Shown here: positions 58,266-64,000 of the stretch, piece by piece | Numbering within the stretch: position 1 is the first letter of the stretch | Layout: each line of letters starts with the position of its first letter | IMG/VR virus record: IMGVR_UViG_3300009136_000003 | Source of the DNA: an uncultured virus (IMG/VR IMGVR_UViG_3300009136_000003) | Taxonomy: Duplodnaviria > Heunggongvirae > Uroviricota > Caudoviricetes > Crassvirales | DNA length: 64,000 nucleotides | Direction: 5' to 3' (one strand) | Position numbers and translations under genes: made by a program | Notes under the pieces: generated by a model | Seen by the model: only the letters and a program-made list of their open reading frames with translations | Database searches by the model: none | What the model was told of the DNA's origin: nothing

Positions 58266-61200
58266 ATGGCAATACAAGAAATATATTACACCACTCCAAA
58301 CGGAATGAAGATGAGTCAGACCGAGGCATTAGAACGCTACGGTAGTGAACAGTTTGATGCATTGGTTAACGAAGGTCAGTTAGTAGAATTTATTCAAGAA
58401 GAAGACCCTGAATTAAACCAAGGAGATAGTTTCTACGAATCACCCAATGGAAATGTTTATACCGAAGGTGATTTAGCAAATCGATATGGTCTTGAAGCAT
58501 TTAACAAATTAATAGACGAAGGTCATTTAAAAAAAAAAGATTCTCCTCAAGAAGTATCAAGCTTTGGGGGTGGAGATTTAGAGCCAACAGAGACTTTACC
58601 ATATCAAGATTTACCTGAACCTACTGAACAAGATTTTTTTGAGGGTGGATTTGGGGATGCACTAAGAGGATTTGATGCTATAGTACCTCTAGGTATTGGA
58701 GACTTTATAGATGATATGACTCGTGCTGTTGCAGGTGGTATAAACCAAGGTATTGCAGGAGAGAACGCATCAGACCTTTTGTTCGCAGGGTCAATGGCTA
58801 CGGATGAGGATATCGCTAGCTATATTGAAGCCAATCAAAACGCTCAAAAGTATGGGTCTTCTCAGGAAATGCAGGAGTACCAAAAAACCTACGAAGAATA
58901 TGGAGGTGTTTTAGGTGTTGTTATGGGTCTTGCTAAATCAGGATTAACAATACTACCCGAAATAATGTTAAGCTCATTTGCTGCTATGGCAGCCAACTCA
59001 GATGCTTTGGCTGCGGGAGGAACAATTGTTGGAGGTAGTGCAACAGCAGGTGCTTTAACAGCAGGTGCAGGAGCATCCGTTGTTGTTCCTGTAGTTGGAA
59101 CAGTAGTAGGAGCAGCAGCCGGAGCTATTACAGGAGCAGCAGCATCGTTACCTTATGCATTTGCTGCGGCTAGTACGGCATTAGAAATGGGTGCTACTTT
59201 CTCTGAACTACTTCAAGGAGAAATTGATGGAGAATTAACTCCTGAAAAAATTAAGGCAGCCTTAAGCAACGAAAAAACTTACACAAGCATTAGAAACAAA
59301 GCAGTTGCAAGGGGTATTACTATAGGTGCTCTTGATATGCTTTCAGGTAAAGTAGGTGGTAGAATTGCATCTTCTGTATTAAAAAAAGGTGCGAGAGCTA
59401 CAGGCATATCGTCAAGGGCTACAAAAATAAAGGCAGTAGCTGCGGCAAGTGCTGTAGAAGGAGTAGGTGGTTCAATAGGTGAGACTGCAGGTATTGCGGC
59501 AACTAATATAATTGGTGATACTAAAGGTCAGGATTTTGACATCTCTGAGATTATACTTGAAGGTATAGCTGAAATACCCGGTGGTGTAAAGGATATGGTT
59601 TCTGCTAGGTTTAGTAAACCTAAATATAAAGTAAACGGAGAAAGAGTTGATGCGGCTACCATAGACAGTATGATAGAAACAATGACTCTAGAGCAGCTTA
59701 CCGAAAGTAGGATACAAATAGACAACGATTACGAGGGGAGAGATGCTGCATTGCAAGATAGAAAAGTAACACTATCTATAGAAAATCAGGTAAGAAAAGT
59801 AATACCCAATATTACTCCTGAAGCTGTTACTGAGATAGTTACGTTACAGAAAGAACTACAATCACTTGAAGGAAACAAAACCGAAGTAGGTAAAAAAAGA
59901 GCGTCAGAAATTAGAGGTTCAATTAATGAAATTATGACCAATGAAACTGCAGAAGCAGGTGTCGTTGAGGTAACAGATGAAGCGGTTGTTGCTAGAATAA
60001 AAGAGATTAAAGGTGACGACTCTGCTTACACTCAAGAAGAGTTTGACAATATTAAAAAAATATTAGAGGCTGAAAATGAAGCTCAATTAGTAGAGGCACA
60101 AGAGGAACAGGTAATAACAAGTACTGAAGAGTTTAGAGGACTTGAACAGTCAGAACAAATAGATTACCTAGAGAAGGCAACTAAAGAATTAGCAGCAGAG
60201 GCTGAAGCAGGTGGTAAAGTAGATTTTGAAATAACAGAATCACAAGCCTTGACAAGAGCAAATCAATTATTCCAAGATAATAAAAATGAAATAGGTAGAC
60301 AAGAAAGGTTAGACAGTAGAGCGGAGAAAGAGAAAAAACAATTTGGAGAACAACACGCTGATGAGAAACTACCTTACGAAAAAGGTGCTGATGGAAAAGG
60401 AAGAGCTAAACTATACGACATTACAAAACCTAATGAGAAAGGAGTTGTTACTGCCGAGTATGTAAATCCCGAAACAGGAGTTGTAGACGTTATAATTAGC
60501 GGACAAAATGATGATAATTTTGTAGGGTATGTTAGGGTTTATGAAAACGGTAAGCCAACAAATATGTTTACTGCTAAGATGGAGTCAACAGGAGACGCTT
60601 TCAAAGATATGATTACCGATGCTGAGGCTAAACTTCCTGACAACGCAGAGGTTGTTGAAACAACATCGATATCTATAGACGGATTAAAGTCATCTAGTAA
60701 ATCAAAGCGAACAGAAAAAGTAGACGCTGATGGAAATGTTGTAACAAGACCAACGCCATATAGTGCCGCTACAAAAGAGTCTGTAGCAAGTGCCAAAGGA
60801 ACTGACACAAATCCTTTTGAAAACTTTAAAACTACTGATAAAGCTGCAGCAGAAGCAGAGGTCGCTAAGATTGAAGCTGCATATCCGGGGATAACTGCAA
60901 CAATAAATAAACGAAAAGGGCCTCCTGCTCCTCCACCTAGACCGGGGACAAAAGACAAAGCTTCTGCTAAAGCAAAGCCTGAATATACAGTTTCTGTAAA
61001 CCTTCCTGTTTTAGTGTCACCTAAATCAAACAACAAAACAAAAGTAGAAACAGATGCCGTTAAAAATTCACGTAAGCAACAATCTAAAGTTGAGCAGCAG
61101 GTAGACAACGCTAGAAAGGCTTTGAAAACTATTGACAATGAGATTAAAGTGGTGTATCATACTGACGATGCGTCTTACCGAGATGCTACAAACGAACAGT

Positions 61201-64000
61201 CAAGGGAGCAGTCTACTAATGGGGAGTATAATCCTACGACTAAAACCATACACATAAACGGAACGAAGGCTAATAACAAAACAGTAGCACACGAGGTGTT
61301 CCACGCATTGCTGTTGAGGACAGGGATAACTAACGAGCAGGCTAAGGCTATTACGGATAAAATGCTAAAAGCGGTGAAGAAGACTGCATCGCCTGAGTTG
61401 ATTGAAAAATTAGAAAAGTTCTCTAGCAATTATAAATCCTCACTACAGAGCGAGGAGAGTATAGCGGAGTTGTTTGGGTTACTAGCATCAGAGTATCCGA
61501 ACCTAGACGCACCTACTCAGAGTATAGTAAAGAGATGGCTTGATAAGATAGCTAAGATACTAAGGCTTAAGCCATTTACTGACGCTGAGGTTATTGACTT
61601 ACTAAATGCGGTGTCTGCAAAGGTTGAGGCAGGACAAGAGATTACAGAGCAGGATGTTGCTATACTAGATGGTAGTGTTAGTGGTGTTATAAATACAAAA
61701 GCGAGAAAGCAAGCCTCTGTATTAACAAGTTTTACTTTGAAAAGGTTTCCTACAAATACAAATATAAAGTTATCGGAGGATACTCCTTTAAGTGATTTCA
61801 ATGAAAAAAAATCCAACCTACTTGAATCGGATAGAATGACAGGAGCTTTTATAGCTGATGCTAATAATAATCCTGTGTTTAAATTCTTTGGTGGAATATA
61901 CTTCCCACAGATAACAGGTAAGTGGTGGGCATCTAGAACTATTTCTAAGGCGAATGGGGTAGCCAAGAATATGAACGCTAATAGAGACAAGGATGGTTAT
62001 ATTTATGCAACACCAATCATAATGAAGCCGAACTCTCATATGAGTAATCAAGATATGTTTGAGACTGTGTGGGAGTTTATGAAGTTTGATTTAAGGTCAA
62101 AGTCTAGTAAGGTAACTAAGAAGTTATTTCACGAATACTTAACCAAAGCTCTTACATTAAAATCAGTAAACTTATCTGAATCGGACTTAAATATAAAAAA
62201 GTCTGACAACATAGAAGTAATGATTAGTAAGCTAAACGATGTTTTACTAGGCAAAGAAATAGATAATCTTAATTATGATTCTACTAAACCTGAATCAATA
62301 GATAACGCTAAAACAATAATTAAAGAATCAAACCTTTCGTTTGAAAAAAGGAAGGCAATTATAAAAGGTATTTTAGGAGACCCTAAGATAACCGAAGACA
62401 GAAAGTTTCCAACGGCAGGTTCTATATCAGAAGTGGCATCTAAGTTTGAGGAAGAAAAAACTAAGCAGGCAACTAAACTTTGGGATGTAGTAATGCTGAT
62501 GAGAACAAAAGGAACTTTGTCTACAAAGGTTACTCCAAAGTCAGATGAATTTTACCATAAGTCATATCCTGCAGAGATATTTTCAGACCAAGAGATAGAG
62601 GTTTTCTTTTTAGATGGAGCTTATAATATAGACACAACATATCCTGTACTTACTCAGTCATCAGGAAAAGTTTTCTCGTGGAAGGAGTATTCTGAAAAAC
62701 ATCCATCAGCGGCAATGGCATTAAGTCAGTATGGTAGGACTGCTAAGTTATCACAAGCTAGTGGTGATATAGTAGCAAGCCCTCAGTCTCGTAAGCAGAA
62801 GCCTAACTACAAAATAGCAAAAATTAATACACCCAACACAACTATAAATGTTGTTGAAGGAGCAGGAACTGATAGTTTTGAGATAGCAACTAAAGATTAT
62901 AAAGCCACCGAAGGAGTAGAAGGCTCTACAATAATTGGTTTTGTTAAAAATAAAGATTTTCCGGGAGAAAAAAAGAAAGAAACAAGGGGAGAGATTTTTA
63001 TTCTTCAAGTAGGTGATAAAGGAAAAGGAACAGGTACTTCTTTAATGTTAGATGCATTAAGATTAATGAAAGAAAATGGAACAAAAACTGTTAAGTTTAC
63101 AGTTCCAAGTAAAGAAGGAAAACCATTTAATGAATCTTTAGTTCGTAAGGGATATATAAATTTACTTAAAGTAAGCGATAGAACCGGTACTTCTGAATAT
63201 GAAATAACAGATAAGGTTTTAGAAGACGCACCTCAGTCTCGTAAGCAGAAAATAGGGAGAACTACAAGACTAGCTCCTAATGGAAAGCAATCTAACTTAA
63301 CTGACGTGCAGTATGATGCTGTAAGAACGCCTGCGTTTAAGAAGTGGTTCGGTAATTGGGAGACAGACCCTGAGAATGCGAGTAAAGTAGTGGACGAGAA
63401 TGGTGAGCCTAGAGTTGTATGGAGAGGCAGGGACACAAGTAAAGGTGATGTTGGAGATGTAATAGATATTGGAAAAACCAATGAGGGTGCTTTCTTTGCT
63501 GATAATAAAGAGGCTTCCGATTTGTTTATGTCTGAGTTTTTAGGAATTAAAAAAGGTGATTATGAAATAATTGAATCGTTTTTAAACATAAGAACCCCGG
63601 AAGTATTTGAAGATTTTTGGAATGATTTTATGGGTAATAGAAATTCTAATAAACCTAATTATAAATACGAACCAAAAAAAGGTGTTGATGGAGCTATAAT
63701 AAATGATGACGTTTGGCTACAAGAATCAGAAATAGATTGGAAAGAAGGGCAGTTTGATGAAAATGGTAATCAATTAGAAGAAGAGGTTATTAAAGAAATC
63801 GCTTTAGAAGGCAAGCAATTTATTGTTTTTAAACCTAACCAAATAAAATCAGCCGATGGCAGCAACACTACTTTTGACCCAAACAAGCCGTCTATACGTA
63901 AGCAACAAGACGACAGCAAAGAGGTTAGTGAAATAGAGGGTGAGATTCAATATTTAGAATCCGAGATTGCAGACAAGCAAGAGGAAATTGCGGCTGAAAA
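58266..64000 (+). CDS. Giant polyvalent virion protein, N-terminal part (runs off the window): N-terminal repeats, Ala/Gly-rich hydrophobic region, zincin metallopeptidase, module A, GNAT cassette, ART-PolyVal-like cassette
   Basis: ATG at 58266 (MAIQEIYY). Absent from the ORF track, consistent with no stop before 64000. HEVFH at 61290-61304 plus EESIAE; GNAT motif DKGKGTGTSLMLDAL; same frame as the PQSRKQ motifs. Joined through the repeat it would be about 3334 aa. Confidence 0.88.
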   Translation, partial: MAIQEIYYTTPNGMKMSQTEALERYGSEQFDALVNEGQLVEFIQEEDPELNQGDSFYESPNGNVYTEGDLANRYGLEAFNKLIDEGHLKKKDSPQEVSSFGGGDLEPTETLPYQDLPEPTEQDFFEGGFGDALRGFDAIVPLGIGDFIDDMTRAVAGGINQGIAGENASDLLFAGSMATDEDIASYIEANQNAQKYGSSQEMQEYQKTYEEYGGVLGVVMGLAKSGLTILPEIMLSSFAAMAANSDALAAGGTIVGGSATAGALTAGAGASVVVPVVGTVVGAAAGAITGAAASLPYAFAAASTALEMGATFSELLQGEIDGELTPEKIKAALSNEKTYTSIRNKAVARGITIGALDMLSGKVGGRIASSVLKKGARATGISSRATKIKAVAAASAVEGVGGSIGETAGIAATNIIGDTKGQDFDISEIILEGIAEIPGGVKDMVSARFSKPKYKVNGERVDAATIDSMIETMTLEQLTESRIQIDNDYEGRDAALQDRKVTLSIENQVRKVIPNITPEAVTEIVTLQKELQSLEGNKTEVGKKRASEIRGSINEIMTNETAEAGVVEVTDEAVVARIKEIKGDDSAYTQEEFDNIKKILEAENEAQLVEAQEEQVITSTEEFRGLEQSEQIDYLEKATKELAAEAEAGGKVDFEITESQALTRANQLFQDNKNEIGRQERLDSRAEKEKKQFGEQHADEKLPYEKGADGKGRAKLYDITKPNEKGVVTAEYVNPETGVVDVIISGQNDDNFVGYVRVYENGKPTNMFTAKMESTGDAFKDMITDAEAKLPDNAEVVETTSISIDGLKSSSKSKRTEKVDADGNVVTRPTPYSAATKESVASAKGTDTNPFENFKTTDKAAAEAEVAKIEAAYPGITATINKRKGPPAPPPRPGTKDKASAKAKPEYTVSVNLPVLVSPKSNNKTKVETDAVKNSRKQQSKVEQQVDNARKALKTIDNEIKVVYHTDDASYRDATNEQSREQSTNGEYNPTTKTIHINGTKANNKTVAHEVFHALLLRTGITNEQAKAITDKMLKAVKKTASPELIEKLEKFSSNYKSSLQSEESIAELFGLLASEYPNLDAPTQSIVKRWLDKIAKILRLKPFTDAEVIDLLNAVSAKVEAGQEITEQDVAILDGSVSGVINTKARKQASVLTSFTLKRFPTNTNIKLSEDTPLSDFNEKKSNLLESDRMTGAFIADANNNPVFKFFGGIYFPQITGKWWASRTISKANGVAKNMNANRDKDGYIYATPIIMKPNSHMSNQDMFETVWEFMKFDLRSKSSKVTKKLFHEYLTKALTLKSVNLSESDLNIKKSDNIEVMISKLNDVLLGKEIDNLNYDSTKPESIDNAKTIIKESNLSFEKRKAIIKGILGDPKITEDRKFPTAGSISEVASKFEEEKTKQATKLWDVVMLMRTKGTLSTKVTPKSDEFYHKSYPAEIFSDQEIEVFFLDGAYNIDTTYPVLTQSSGKVFSWKEYSEKHPSAAMALSQYGRTAKLSQASGDIVASPQSRKQKPNYKIAKINTPNTTINVVEGAGTDSFEIATKDYKATEGVEGSTIIGFVKNKDFPGEKKKETRGEIFILQVGDKGKGTGTSLMLDALRLMKENGTKTVKFTVPSKEGKPFNESLVRKGYINLLKVSDRTGTSEYEITDKVLEDAPQSRKQKIGRTTRLAPNGKQSNLTDVQYDAVRTPAFKKWFGNWETDPENASKVVDENGEPRVVWRGRDTSKGDVGDVIDIGKTNEGAFFADNKEASDLFMSEFLGIKKGDYEIIESFLNIRTPEVFEDFWNDFMGNRNSNKPNYKYEPKKGVDGAIINDDVWLQESEIDWKEGQFDENGNQLEEEVIKEIALEGKQFIVFKPNQIKSADGSNTTFDPNKPSIRKQQDDSKEVSEIEGEIQYLESEIADKQEEIAAE
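62781..62797 (+). repeat. Cassette-boundary motif (PQSRKQ), copy 3
   Basis: Exact 17-mer. Confidence 0.95.
63230..64000 (+). repeat. Direct repeat of 1659-2429, starting at PQSRKQ copy 4 (63231-63247)
   Basis: Identical to the end of the window. Confidence 0.95.

Noticed and set aside
63230..64000. Ordinary direct terminal repeat or simple circular-assembly overlap
   Set aside because: The match starts at 1659 rather than base 1, lies mid-gene, and the upstream flanks encode different domains.
1..64000. Stop-codon reassignment as in some crAss-like phages
   Set aside because: Genes are long and intact in the standard code, and TAA, TAG and TGA all appear as normal stops.
58266..64000. Virion RNA polymerase within the giant protein
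   Set aside because: No DFDGD/DxDxD-type catalytic motif was noticed in either part, and host-type promoters are present; an HMM search is needed to exclude it fully.

Overview
The window looks like one full turn (about 61.6 kb) of a tailed dsDNA phage genome with a likely Bacteroidota host: TAnnTTTG promoters recur, and start regions are A-rich without Shine-Dalgarno motifs. The minus strand (about 6.8-22.6 kb) carries early and replication genes: an amidoligase, a GATase-GGCT fusion, an HNH endonuclease, a Sak-like annealase, a RecE-like nuclease, an SSB, a VirE_N primase-helicase, an SF2 helicase, VRR-NUC, two DnaA-domain-IV-like proteins and a metallophosphoesterase. The plus strand carries GroEL/GroES, many tiny basic proteins, lysis genes, tail/fibre genes, a crAss-like terminase-portal-scaffold-capsid-ring-muzzle module, ejection proteins and a giant polyvalent protein split across the window ends. 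Two systems stand out. (1) The giant protein is built from in-frame effector cassettes bounded by an identical 17-nt motif, CCTCAGTCTCGTAAGCA (PQSRKQ). The two ends of the window carry different cassette sets (A'+LPD23 versus A+GNAT) and become identical exactly at that motif. (2) The early transcript is punctuated by a repeated GTGTC(C/T)TCAAGGACAC hairpin followed by a type III hammerhead ribozyme (two copies), a tRNA-mimic or a promoter, suggesting programmed segmentation of the early mRNA. All family assignments come from reading motifs by eye, not from database searches.
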